Origin: Leptogorgia sarmentosa
Lineage: Eukaryota
DNA: 64,000 bases
NCBI GenBank assembly: GCA_964658305.1
Contig: OZ210885.1
Location: forward strand, 5,766,001-5,830,000
Direction of reading: 5' to 3'
The notes beneath the pieces were generated by a model that was given only the letters and a program-made list of their open reading frames with translations, made no database searches and was not told the origin of the DNA. Below are positions 39,256 through 50,878 of this stretch, piece after piece; the first letter of the stretch is position 1, and each line of letters begins with the position of its first letter. The position numbers were made by a program, and so were the translations under genes.

Positions 39256-39604
39256 CCCGTAAACATTGTATGAATTATAACTGTGATATTTCCCAAAACT
39301 CCAATGATCATTGCCAAGAATTTAAACACAACGGACGAAATAAGAAAATAATTTTGTACTTCGGGGAAATGCGACGAGTTATTCGCCATGGTTAGAAGTT
39401 TTTAATACACAACTTACTGTAACTGAGCATCTGCGTAGAATGACGAAGCCACGAAAGTGACAAAGAATTAAGTATTTGCATAATAGTCTTTGTTAAAGCT
39501 CGTAAATACTTGGGGCGGGTTTAAAATTGCCCTAAGAAGATTGTGAACAGTCTAAACGTGTCTACATTAATTCAGTTTCTGTTAGCAGATGGCAAATTAC
39601 TTTT
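39256..39604 (-). pseudogene. Tandem duplicate of the promoter and first ~45 codons of GPCR paralog 3
   Basis: Near-identical to 38897-39245 at period 359 bp; duplicated ATG at 39389. Confidence 0.88.
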
Positions 39605-41970
39605 CATTGTCTATTCGGCATTGTAACATAACAAATTTGGCGCTAATTGAATGACGGAAATTCTGTTTACTTCAGAAAGTGGCGTCAAAAGTTTCTGATA
39701 AATTGCCTAATCCCCAACATTTCTTTATTTTATGTCAAATTCCCTAAGGTCCGTTTGATATGATCAAATGCATGCTTACCCGGGAGAATGAAGCATTAAA
39801 TGATTTTGAAGTGCTGACATGTGCAGCTATAGTTTATAATTTGAAAAAACTTCTGGTTTCTCAAATTTCAATTTGTTCTACTTAATGAAATATATCTTTT
39901 TTGCTGCTTAGTAACTACAAGAAACTAACTTTCGTTCTTTCGTTTAATAAACATGTCTCTGCTCATTTCAATACGTCAAGATTACTTGACGCTTCATTAA
40001 ATCCCTGTAAGTAAGATCATATATATAAGCCCTAAATTGTGACACTTACGACCTTTCAATGATCGATCCACTAAAATTTAGGTGCGATCGAGATTAATAG
40101 TGTTCTCATTAATTATAAGAACAGCATGGAAGTATAATAATCATAAGAATACAATCAGGTTCATGTATGACTGACTGAGTGCCATTCTCCAAAGTTTTGT
40201 TCCAACATTCTCTATTTAGTTAGGACCCGTCCACACATATCCGGATATTTTTGAAAACGGAGGTTTTTTTCACCGAAAACGGAGTTTTCAAAAACGCTCT
40301 CCAGATTGGAAGCTTTCGAAAACGCCGTTTTCGTGTTTACGTGTGGACGGGCGAAAACGGAGGTTTTCGAAAACGATGACGTAAAATCAGGCCTGCGATC
40401 GCTTTGAACATCTCACATTACTGAGCAATGCGCATGCTCTACGCCGGGCGCTATCAAATTTCCTCCGTTTTGCCGTAAATAATCAAATAAGCGCATTAAA
40501 GTCCGTTTTACATTGTGGTCGCTTTGCCCGATATTTAATCTAAACCTTTACAAATTATTAAAAGTCTAAATCTCTCTGTATTTCATTTTATTAGTAAAAT
40601 ATCTTTAGAAACACACTAGTACTACATCATTCAAAGTACGAGATTCTTTACATTTATATTCATGTGATTGCATAATATAGAAACTAACGTTAAAATAAAT
40701 TTCAATTTTTACGTGCGTACACGTACGTATGGAAAACGCGTAACTGGAAAACAGCCTTAACGCTTCCTCGACGTGCCCGCGCGATTGATTTTTCATGAGA
40801 CTAAAATTACGCAGGGGACTGGTACGGAAATTGGCCTTTACATTCTCCTGGCCTATGGTGCCGCTTCCAAGAGCGACATGCTTTTATTTCAAAAGTTAGG
40901 AAATAGGTACATCGCCATTTATAATCCAGTGATCATGTTAACATAAAGGCCTGATTGCAGGGGCGATATTTCTTGGCGAATTGCGAAAATTTTCGCGCGA
41001 AATATTTGTTCGCATGCGTGATAAAGGCAAATAAGATTTCTCGAGAAAAATTTTCGCTTCGCCAGTGAGTAGAAGTCAGTTCTACTCACTGCGAAAGCGA
41101 AAAATGTGGGAGAATTCAATAGAATCATTCAATATACTATAATATCATTTTTATAAAATAAATTTCCCTAGGTTTTTCCAAACCAATGCACTCTAATACA
41201 CTTTACAAAAACTGACACTCATAATATAAACGTCTGTGTCCATTCTTTGTAAAACTAATCCTTTTTCTTTCAATATATTGCTTTGATTTATTCACTTAAT
41301 AATTAAATATTTAATTCACGTGTGCCTATTAACGCTGGTTTATGCGACAATAATTTGTACCAAAACAAATATTTAACTAACTGATGGACATTTAATGTCA
41401 CAGTATGATGATTTGTGACATTTGTCATCACACATACTCATATCTAATTTATATTTTATCACAAAAATATTCCTTCTTACAATATTATATCCGCGTGCAA
41501 GTTTACTTCCATAACATTGCAATATACACAGTCAGTGGCTTATTCCCAAATCAACGTCAACTCAAATTCGCAGGCCTCTTAAAAAATGAATATTGGAAAA
41601 GGACTCGAAATGAAAATCTAACTCACGTATATTTGGTCTCCTGTGATTATTTTTCTCTGAGAAGAGAATGTTACAAAGTTTATTGAGCTGGCAAAATAGA
41701 CTAAACAAAAACAGTAACATTCGGCAAAGTTAATTTGACTGCTTTTTATTGCTTCGCTGTTAAAGCAATTTCATTTCTGTTCAAATGGCTGACAATGAGT
41801 TACCTAGCAACCTCTTGACGTTTGCTGGACGATGTCCAACGAAATCTCTCTTACAACACTTGTTCGAGATTATCGTGATTTATTAGTCTACCTTCAAGAG
41901 CACTTGAGACAATTTCGAGAATAGATTACTTTTTGTAGTACAGTACAGCTAGTACCTATGTAAGATAATT

Positions 41971-42176
41971 AAACCCCTGCTGCACGAGCAATTTTTGTGT
42001 GACAATTTGCATGTGAAAAACTGACCATTCTTATTTACCCGTGTAGACGAGCAAAATTGGGAAATTTTTGAGGCAATTGGGGAAATACATTTTTTGAAAA
42101 TCTGGTGTGTCAGCTTTTAGCTATGTGACAAATAAAAATTGCCACATAAAATTTGGTCGTGTAAACGAGGCTTAAC
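41971..42176. mobile_element. Degenerate PIF/Harbinger-like MITE
   Basis: TTAAACCCCTGCTGCACGAGCAA ... TTGGTCGTGTAAACGAGGCTTAA imperfect inverted ends. Confidence 0.45.
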
Positions 42177-42543
42177 TTACAATATGCAATTGTGAAGCCA
42201 GCCCGACAATTTAGTGATGCCGTGCAAATTAAATCTGAGATCATTATCATATTTCATTTCTTTAGAACCTGATTCTTGTGGACACAGAAATATTTGCATA
42301 GCATCATCAAATTGTCACTGCTCAGACTTGCTTATTTGGAAAGAAAGGTTGAAATTGCGAATGTCATGCACCTGCATGTGTGATGTGTTTGAGTACTTAA
42401 CACAGTAAACGTTGGAAAAACGGGAATGAGTGCAGGTTCCGTTTAAGCGATAAATCTGTATCGTCTGTTTATCTTTTTCACCGTTCGTGTATTAAAATTA
42501 TTCTTAACATTTTCAAGGATTCTTTAGAATAAAATATATCACA

Positions 42544-43494
42544 ATGGCAAATAACTCGACATATCAGTTCTCTACAATACCAAGCGAGTTTCTTATTTCG
42601 TCCGTTGTATTCAAATTCTTCGCAATGATTATTGGAGTTTTGGGAAATATCACAATTATAATTCATACGCTTTCTACGAGAAAAGAAAAGACAGCGACAT
42701 CTTACTTGATTAGAAACCTGGCACTGGCAGATCTTCTCGTGTGTTTAACATTTTATCCAATATGGATCGTTGAATTTATACAGACTTTATTAAACATCAA
42801 TAGTGATCAGGACTTGTTTTGTAAGTTAAGTCGCTCCAGCATTAAAGCATTACTGTTCGCTTCAGTAGCCACACTTCTCGCAATTACTGTTGATCGCTGT
42901 ATTTATATTGTAAAACCTCTCAGATATCCGCTGATTGTGACCAAACGACGAGTTTTAGTAGCTATGTCAGGTATTTGGTTGATTGCCTGTTGTGTTTTTG
43001 CTGTTCTAATGGTAAGCATAAGAACATTTAAGGAAACTTTAAGAAATATTTGTTACATTGATGATACCCTGGGTTACTGCAGGGAGACGATTTTTCTCTA
43101 TTTTCCACTGACTTTAATAGTAATTCTGAATGTTTGGATTTTAATTGTTGCGGAGAAACAACGTAAACGCATCTGGGCTGAAACAGCAAACAACAGGAGG
43201 GACGCTAATCGATTTTTTCACGCTCTTAAAGCAGTTAAAACATTTAGTATCGTTGTTGCAGTGCTGACTTTCTGTGTTTTAACACCAACAGTGGTTGGGA
43301 CAATGCTACCTAACATTTCGTCATGTAGTGAATCATGCCAACGGTTGTGGTTCGCAGTTTTTAACTATGAGTTTTATGGAATAAACTCCATTGTGAACGC
43401 TTTCATCTATGGAATGAGACATATCGAATACAGAAAAGCTCCTGGACAGATCCTTCATAGCATACTTCGATGCAAGAAACACACCAACAAATAA
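42544..43494 (+). CDS. Intronless class A GPCR, paralog 4 of DRC cluster (316 aa), inverted relative to the other three
   Basis: Same motifs GN, NLALAD, DRC, FCVLTP, NSIVNAFIY. Confidence 0.93.
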   Translation: MANNSTYQFSTIPSEFLISSVVFKFFAMIIGVLGNITIIIHTLSTRKEKTATSYLIRNLALADLLVCLTFYPIWIVEFIQTLLNINSDQDLFCKLSRSSIKALLFASVATLLAITVDRCIYIVKPLRYPLIVTKRRVLVAMSGIWLIACCVFAVLMVSIRTFKETLRNICYIDDTLGYCRETIFLYFPLTLIVILNVWILIVAEKQRKRIWAETANNRRDANRFFHALKAVKTFSIVVAVLTFCVLTPTVVGTMLPNISSCSESCQRLWFAVFNYEFYGINSIVNAFIYGMRHIEYRKAPGQILHSILRCKKHTNK

Positions 43495-44871
43495 ACAAAT
43501 CTGGCAGGGATTAAAGTAGCGCCTCCTTGTGCACACTTTGTGTCCTCGTAAAAGGTAAAAGTGTCCTTGTAAATTAAAACGTGTGTACTTGAATATAATG
43601 TGGATATAAATTCCAGTTGCAAAACAGTGCAAAATTCTTAGTTGAATCTGAACCTTCGATCGATCAATTTTTAGTTGAATCGATGTGAGTAAGAATTTTT
43701 TTGAATAGAAGCATTAATTTATTATAACCGCGCGCTATTACATTTACTGAAAATAAATTCTGTTTCCAAAAAAGGCAAACGCTATAGTTATGTGTCCTTG
43801 TAAAATATACGAATTTTAATGCCTAAACTCTGGTCCGGACTTTTGTTTGAACTTATATAGAAATAATACCGCGAAGTGAATTGTTTAACCATAGACTATC
43901 AAAGGAATGGACTGGAAACGCACGCTGAAACTGCACAACATCCGTGATACGGTTTATTTGGAACCCTGTAACTTCACATTAAATCAATCTCAGGACTTCG
44001 TATTGACATTGTTTAAACCAGAAAAGACGTGATCGAGTGTGCATCTATCGACTTTTGAAGCTTGTTCGGGAGTAAACGAAACAAAAAAAGACCGTTGAAT
44101 GGTTTACGTTACACTTTTTTAATGACAAAATGGCGATATTTCGGTAATTGAAAAAACGCTAGAATTAAGTGTCGGTTTTTAGCATTGTTTTATCCCAAAC
44201 GAGTTTTAAAAATTGATATGCGCATTGACATTGCCGTTCTTGATCAAAATATATAAATACAAAATGCTGAAATGTTTTTGAAGTGGTGAACTTATCGGGT
44301 TCCAAAATAAGCGTATTAGGCCATGTCACGGATGTGGCGTCAGCACCATTTCCTTGCATTTCCAGACTTCCAGCCCATTCCTTCTATTGTCTATGGTTCG
44401 ACATATATATGAGTATAAAATTTCACTTGTCAAAGACATTGTATGCAGCAGGAAGATACGAAGTTTATTTAAGTATTTAGCTAACCCATCTACTGTACGT
44501 GAATCTCTATATATTACAATGAAAAATACATTTATTACCTGCTAATCTGATCAAGACTGTTGTTTTGATCTCCAGAAAGTTTGCCACAGATAATTAAGAC
44601 AGCATCATTTTCTCTTTTGAGAAAAAGTTTATTCTCCTATGCGTTAATAGTTAAGGTAAAAAAAACGAAGAAGTTGCATTGTCATTTTTAATGACCTGTC
44701 CAAGGCAATAAACAAACTTTTGGGCAAGATCTTGTTTTATAAAAGCGAGGTTAATCCGGCCATCCCCAAAATACATTCTATTTGCTTCCAATATGTTAAT
44801 ATTGATGAAATAAAAATTATTGAAAGAGTAACATGTTCGAAAAAAACATCCTAGGAAGATTTTAGCAGGTT

Positions 44872-44944
44872 GCCTCATTAGCTCAGGGGTTCGAGCACTG
44901 GTCTTGTAAACCAGGGCTTCAGAGTTCAAATCTCTGATGAGGTT
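44872..44944 (+). tRNA. tRNA-Thr(TGT), several substitutions
   Basis: GCCTCAT/ATGAGGT acceptor, CTGGT-CTTGTAA-ACCAG anticodon arm, CAGAG-TTCAAAT-CTCTG T arm. Confidence 0.7.
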
Positions 44945-45101
44945 TTATTTTCTTCGAAAACTTTGAATAACTTGGACGACAAACGCCTAGATTGTATTCC
45001 ATGTGCTGTTCAGTGAGTTAAACTGATGAAATAAAAAAGCTATTGGAAGAGTACTACGTTGCAAAAAAAACATGCTAGAGCTAGGAAGATTTTAGCATGT
45101 C

Positions 45102-45173
45102 GCCTCATTAGCTCAGTGGTTAGAGCACTGGTCTTGTAAACCAGGGTTCAGAGTTCAAATCTCTGATGAGGCT
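45102..45173 (+). tRNA. tRNA-Thr(TGT)
   Basis: Full cloverleaf, 1-nt shorter variable loop, followed by T-run terminator. Confidence 0.85.
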
Positions 45174-45312
45174 TTATTTTCTTTGGAAACTTTGAAGAGC
45201 GTGGAACACAAACGCCCACAGTGTCTTCAATGTGCTGTTCAGTGAGTTAAAAAGTTAAAAGTGATGAAATAAAAACGGTATTAATGAAAGTGTACTACGT
45301 TGAAAAAAACAT

Positions 45313-45350
45313 GTAACCAAGGGTCCAGAGTTCAATTCTCTGTTGAGGCT
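45313..45350 (+). pseudogene. 3' half fragment of tRNA-Thr
   Basis: AGGGTCCAGAGTTCAATTCTCTGTTGAGGCT without 5' half. Confidence 0.75.
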
Positions 45351-45449
45351 TTAATTTCTACGAAAACTGTGAAGAACGTGGAAAACACGAACATATGTGC
45401 TCTTCAATGAGTTAAAACTGATGAAATAAAAAAGGCATTTAAGCAGGTT

Positions 45450-45522
45450 GCCTCTTTAGCTCAGTGGTTAGAGCACTGGTTTTGTAAACCAGGGGTCCAG
45501 AGTTCAATTCTCTGATGAGGCT
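45450..45522 (+). tRNA. tRNA-Thr(TGT), one acceptor-stem mismatch
   Basis: GCCTCTT/ATGAGGC; loop TTTGTAA. Confidence 0.75.
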
Positions 45523-45717
45523 TAATTTTCTTCGAAAACTTTGAGACTTGACTTGAGTAATTCAATCAGACTAAATTGTAAAGTTTTGCAAAAAAAGAAA
45601 ACAAGTGGGTAACCTTCTCTGTTATTTTTATCATTTTGATACATGGCATTAGTGTACGATCGCAAAGCAATATAGTTCTACAGCTAGCTTATCAAAGCAA
45701 CATCACATTACGTAGAC

Positions 45718-45790
45718 GCCTCATTAGCTCAGGGGATAGAGCACTGGTTTCGTAAACCAGGGGTCCAGAGTTCAATTCTCTGACTGGGCT
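45718..45790 (+). tRNA. tRNA-Thr(CGT) variant, probably pseudogene
   Basis: Loop TT-CGT-AA; two acceptor-stem mismatches (3' strand ACTGGGC). Confidence 0.6.
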
Positions 45791-46020
45791 TTGTGAAAAG
45801 TATTCATCGGCTTCGTTATTCGTTACAAGTTGTAACAAATAATGATGTTGATGATTTTATAAGGTATCAAGTTAACTCTCGTCATTGTCTGAAAAGTGTG
45901 ACCTGAAACAAAATTTTTGAAGTGAATTTATTTCATGAAAGACACGTGATAATTCGGGAAATCAAGTTTAATTAACTTCGTAATTGGATTTATATTCTGA
46001 GTTTCAATGCAGAAGAAGTA

Positions 46021-46105
46021 GCCTCATTAGCTCAGGGGTTAGAGCACTGGTCTAGTAAAACAGCTAGGAAACCAGGGGTCCAGAGTTCAATTCTCTGATG
46101 GGGCT
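46021..46105 (+). tRNA. tRNA-Thr(AGT) variant with 12-nt insert 3' of anticodon
   Basis: CTGGT-CT-AGT-A[AAACAGCTAGGA]A-ACCAG; other arms pair normally. Confidence 0.6.
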
Positions 46106-46293
46106 TTGTGAATAAGTATTCATTGTGAATATAAGAATTCATCCATTTCCTTTTTCGTAATTGGTTACAAGGAATGCAGTTAACTGTCCAGATTGTATGA
46201 GAAGTGTGACCTGAAGTGATCATGAGTTTATTTCATGAAAACACGTGATAATATGGTAAATTAGTAATTCTGAGTTTCAATAGGGAAGAAGTT

Positions 46294-46366
46294 GCCTCAT
46301 TAGCTCAGTGGTTAGAGCACTGGTCTTGTAAACCAGAGGTCCAGAGTTCAAATCTCTGATGAGGCT
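46294..46366 (+). tRNA. tRNA-Thr(TGT), intact
   Basis: 73 nt, all stems pair, TTTATTTT downstream. Confidence 0.92.
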
Positions 46367-46500
46367 TTATTTTCTTTGAAGAACGTGGAGGACGGACGAC
46401 CCGGCCGGTGTTAAAAGGGTGTTAAAAGTGATGAAATTAAAACGGTATTGGAAGAGTACTACGTTCGAAAACACATATGCTTGGAAGATTTTGGAGAGGT

Positions 46501-46586
46501 GCCTCATTAGCTCAGTGGTTAGAGGTTAGAGCACTGGTCTTGGTCTTGTAAACCAGAGGTCTAGAGTTCAAATCTCTGATGAGGCT
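46501..46586 (+). pseudogene. tRNA-Thr(TGT) pseudogene with two micro-duplications
   Basis: GGTTAGA and TGGTCT each duplicated in tandem. Confidence 0.8.
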
Positions 46587-46792
46587 GGTCGAATAAGTGT
46601 TCTTCCATTTCCTTCTTAGCAATTTGTTCTTAAAATATTGCAGAAATTAAACATCATGCATCGTGATTGTACGACAAATGTGGCCTCAAACCGTTTTTTT
46701 GAGAAAGCTGATTTCCTGGAAAACGTCTTGATCATACGGGAAATTAATCTCATAGTTACATTTATATTCTGAGTTTTATTCGTAATGAAGTT

Positions 46793-46864
46793 GCCTCACT
46801 AGCTCAGGGGTAGGGAACTGGTCTAGTAAACCAGGAGTCCAGAGTTCAATTCTCTGATGGGGCT
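46793..46864 (+). pseudogene. Degenerate tRNA-Thr(AGT)
   Basis: Loop CT-AGT-AA; D stem and acceptor stem mismatches. Confidence 0.7.
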
Positions 46865-47127
46865 TAAAAGTATCGTTATCAAAAATCGACCTGTTAGTTT
46901 TGTGAATCGGAAATAACTTTGTTGAAAGTGGAACTCAGAGTTCCGCTCACTTGTCATATATTCGTTATTATAATTCAATCAGACTAAATGGTAAATTTTT
47001 ACAAAAAAAGAAAGCAAGTGCATGACATTCTCTGTTATTTTTATCATTTTGATACATGGCATTAGTGTACGATCGCAAGGCAATATAGTTCTACAGCAAG
47101 CTTATCAAAGCAACATCTCGTTGCAAC

Positions 47128-47202
47128 GCCTCATTAGCTCAGGGGTTGGAGCACTGGTCTTGTAAACCAGGGGTGTCCAGAGTTCAAATCTCTGATGGGG
47201 TT
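47128..47202 (+). tRNA. tRNA-Thr(TGT) variant with 2-nt variable-loop insertion, possibly pseudogene
   Basis: GGGGTGTCCAGAG; weakened acceptor stem. Confidence 0.6.
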
Positions 47203-47400
47203 CAAAAATGTCGCCATCAAAAATTGACCTGTTAGTAATTAGATTGCTAAATAATTTTAAAAGTGGAACTCAGAGTCCCGCTCACTTGTAATATTTCGGT
47301 ACTGCAATTCAATCAAAGACTAAGGCCTGATGATCTGAAATAAAAAAGCTATTGAAAGAGGACTACGTTAAAAAAAATGCTAGGAAGATTTAAGCAGGTC

Positions 47401-47473
47401 GCCTCATTAGCTCAGTGGTTAGAGCACTGGTCTTGTAAACCAGGGGTACAGAGTTCAATTCTCTGATGGGGCT
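47401..47473 (+). tRNA. tRNA-Thr(TGT)
   Basis: 73 nt cloverleaf, GCCTCAT/ATGGGGC. Confidence 0.87.
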
Positions 47474-47729
47474 CAAAAGTATCGTTATGAGAATAGTGAA
47501 TAATTTTTAGAGTGTAACTCAGAGTTTCTCTTACTTGTAATATATTCGTTATTAATTGATAATAATTCAATAAAAAACTAAATGGTAACGTTTTACAATT
47601 AAAGAAAACAAAACAAGTGCATATTCTTCTCTTTTGATTTTACCATTTTGAAACATGGCATTAGTGCAGGATGGGAAAATAACATAATTCTACATGATGC
47701 TTTTAGGAGCAAAATCACATTGCATAGAC

Positions 47730-47814
47730 GCCTCATTAGCTCAGGGGTTAGAGCACTGGTCTAGTAAATTGTCTAGTAAACCAGGGGTCCAGAGTTCAAA
47801 TCTCTGATGAGGCT
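47730..47814 (+). tRNA. tRNA-Thr(AGT) variant with 12-nt insert 3' of anticodon
   Basis: CTGGT-CT-AGT-A[AATTGTCTAGTA]A-ACCAG; perfect acceptor stem; T-run downstream. Confidence 0.62.
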
Positions 47815-48423
47815 TTATTTTCTTCGAATACTTGAAAGAACGTGGAAGACAACCTTCTCAATGGCTCCACTGCACGTAAATATCAATATTAATACAATAA
47901 TCATATAAATAATCATATAATAAAATGGTATTTTATACGAGTATACAGAATATTGTAAACATATACTCGGACAATTGACAATGACGAATTACGCTCAATT
48001 ACCAATTATACTGCTTTGTTTCCTGCAGGGAATGCGAGCAGTTTAACATGCCAAAAATGTTTCCTTTTTGATCTTTGGTTGATTTGGTGAAAATACCATT
48101 AATCTCTCTCCTAAGTAAGTTGGCAACTCTATGTTTATACTAGCCTGCGAACAGGTGTTGCATTTTTTGGCAGGAAAAGCTTAGCCAATCAAAACACTGA
48201 TACTATAAATTTGCACTGGTGAGAACAATCCTATGGCCAATTACAACGCAGCTACGGGCAAATTTTCACGTGCGAAAAACATCGTATGCAGTAAGATACT
48301 GTTTCAGAACTATCCTCAGAGATATGAAAAACTAGATTCAAATTAATATGAAATAGAATGGAAACACTGCATGTCCTCAAAAGACAAGCGTTAAGTCGTC
48401 ACGAAAATATTTCATGCACTTAA

Positions 48424-48506
48424 ATCGGATAAGACTCGCTACCACTCACAGTTGACTTGATAGCTCAATTGGTAGAGCATCGGTCTAGATACCCGAAGAT
48501 GCGAGT
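48424..48506 (+). repeat. tRNA-like fragment / tRNA-derived SINE remnant
   Basis: TAGCTCAATTGGTAGAGCA A-box/D arm, truncated within the T arm (GCGAGT). Confidence 0.45.
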
Positions 48507-50366
48507 ATTTGACGTGCAACATCTAGGCTTAGCTTTATGAGTTAACTTAACTTAGAAGAGAATTTAACGAACTGAGATTTTGATGACGTATTAGTTATAA
48601 TTACTCAACCGCGCGAATTATCTTGATGCGTGATTGATGGCAAAACCCAAAGCATACGCACGTGTAAATACAAAGTTTCTATTTACACAATGTAGACGGC
48701 CTGTTTAAACACATCTGGCTTTTCCTCACATTTCGGTCAAACTTTGAAAATATCCGAGATTGTTTATCTTCTCTATCCGCCTAATAGGAACCATAATTGA
48801 CATTCTGCGTAGGTTCGAAAATTTATTATTTATTACTCGGGCTACCGTAGGTAGACCGAGTTTAAAAATGGGCTTCGATTTATCCTTTTTTTCGGTCGCG
48901 ACTTTGCAAAAAACACGCGTGGGCGACACGAAGTCCTTGAACCAATGAAAATCTTCGTTGAATCGTTTCACGCGTGGGTTCATGGTGCATGCCACGCGCA
49001 CTGGCAGTGAGTTCGTCATTTATAAACTTCATGTAGCCCGAGTGAACGCCTGGTAGACGTCTTGTTTTATTTGGATTTTGAAGCAAGAATGTCACTTATC
49101 AGCAACTCTACGTGCGTAATGTTTAGTTTGCCTGCGAAATTTATCTTTAATGTTTACACAATATTATGCGCCTGCGTAACAACTGTTCATAATTTACCAG
49201 GCCAGGCTACTTAGACGATAGTCCAGCATGGGCATTACCCATGTTCTCAATTGAGAAATATCGGGTACTACCCTTCGAGGTCTTTGTTTAACGGGTGTTC
49301 AAACAAAGGTGTATTCCAATGTTATTTGGGTGGGGGGTTAAATTTTTTTGACACACCCTGTAATTGGTTTGAAAGCTTCGAATGTTGTTGTTATATAACT
49401 CATTTATCCATGTTAGTAAATTTTGGTGAAAACTTGTTCAAATTATCGTCAGGTCGGTTGTGTATTTTCGCCAACTTCTACAATACAACAGTACCAAGGT
49501 GAGTAGATTGCATTTATTCAACTCTATTTAGATCAAGAACAAAACAGAAAGCATGAACTTATTAGTTTAATTAACTAAAGAAGAACCACAAGTGTCCTCA
49601 TTTGTAATTTGCAAAAGTTAAAAAAAATCCAGCATAAGTACCATTTGAACAAAAAATACGATTTGAAACGTCATGCGAAAAAATGCATTGTATCCTTACA
49701 CTCTCCAAGGAACGTCCTAAGCTACTAGTTCCCAAAAGAGCCCATTTATAGGCCTGTCAATTGCGCATCAAAACTTCGATATCTCATACCACAAATTCGC
49801 AAGAAAACCGCTTTGTCTTATGTATAAGATCGTCAAATAATACAAAGTATGTGCAGTGTTCAAGTAATACGACCCACTTTCGCTTTTATCGTTTCCCAAA
49901 TGCGTCGTATTCGGGGAATATTCGTTATGTTCTAGCATGAAAAATAAGGAAACGGTAATGGCAAAAAAAAAACTTATACGTTTTTGTGCCGGACTGAAGT
50001 TGTTTTTTATATCCTGGTTATTTGTTTGAAAATGTATGCAATTTCGAAGGCCAGCCATAGCAACAGTAAATCAATTCGCACAAAACGCCTAAAACAATTT
50101 GAACGTTTTGCTCTTTCGCCGTGACGATGATGTTAATGATTGCATGGAAGTTTAACGAAACACCAAGCCGCAATGCTCGATTTAAAAATATTACAAACGC
50201 CAAAGTATAACAGATCCCTTGTTGTCTCAGCTCGCTATTGTTTTGTATTTCTCCAAATCTCCAAGACCTCGAACGCGCTGTACTTTGACGCTTAAATAAA
50301 ATTAAACACAAAACTTTAAATAAAATTTACTAAAAAATAAACTTTAAAACTATCGTGTTGTTTTAG

Positions 50367-50878
50367 AAAACTGAAATTCCATGCCGCCCAGCAGTTGACA
50401 AAGATGAACTCAACAAATACTTTCTCCACTGTCCAGAAGGTTGTGACAGCAGCAGCAGACATTTGATGCAGAAAATACGTCTGATTGTCACAGAGCTTAA
50501 CGTGTCGAAAAGATTTGGAGATCACGTGCTATGGTAATCATATTCATTTGTGTTTCTGGTCAGGTTCTCGCGGAAACAACATTATTGTTCAAGTAGTCAA
50601 CGGAAAAACACACATAACAACGTGAAAAGAGTCAGTCATGCAGGGATTTAACAACGTGAAAAGAGTCGGTAATGCAGGGATTTCGTCAGAGGTAATTGGA
50701 GTCAATTATTGGGTACGCTCCTCTCCATCTGGGAAAGCTAACGACAGCGCTGGGATCAGGTAATCCAAAATTATCTATCGCAGGTGGAGTTCTTACTTTA
50801 ACTGGCGAAGTCTTTAGCCAATATGAACGTGATCGAAAAGAGTTGGAAACCAATAAATTATACCGTATAACTCAATAA
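50367..50878 (+). pseudogene. Cys/His-core family copy A (frameshift, stop, internal duplication)
   Basis: After TTTTAG: KTEIPCRPAVDKDELNKYFLHCPEGCDSSSRHLMQKIRLIVTE, frameshift near 50500, then CRKDLEITCYGNHIHLCFWSGSRGNNIIVQV..*; ~34-nt tandem duplication at 50615-50682. Confidence 0.8.

Noticed and set aside
40222..40440. Harbinger-like terminus GGACCCGTCCACAC with GAAAACG repeats
   Set aside because: Only one end found, so boundaries cannot be supported
48424..48506. Additional functional tRNA gene
   Set aside because: Truncated before a complete T arm and acceptor stem; treated as SINE-like remnant
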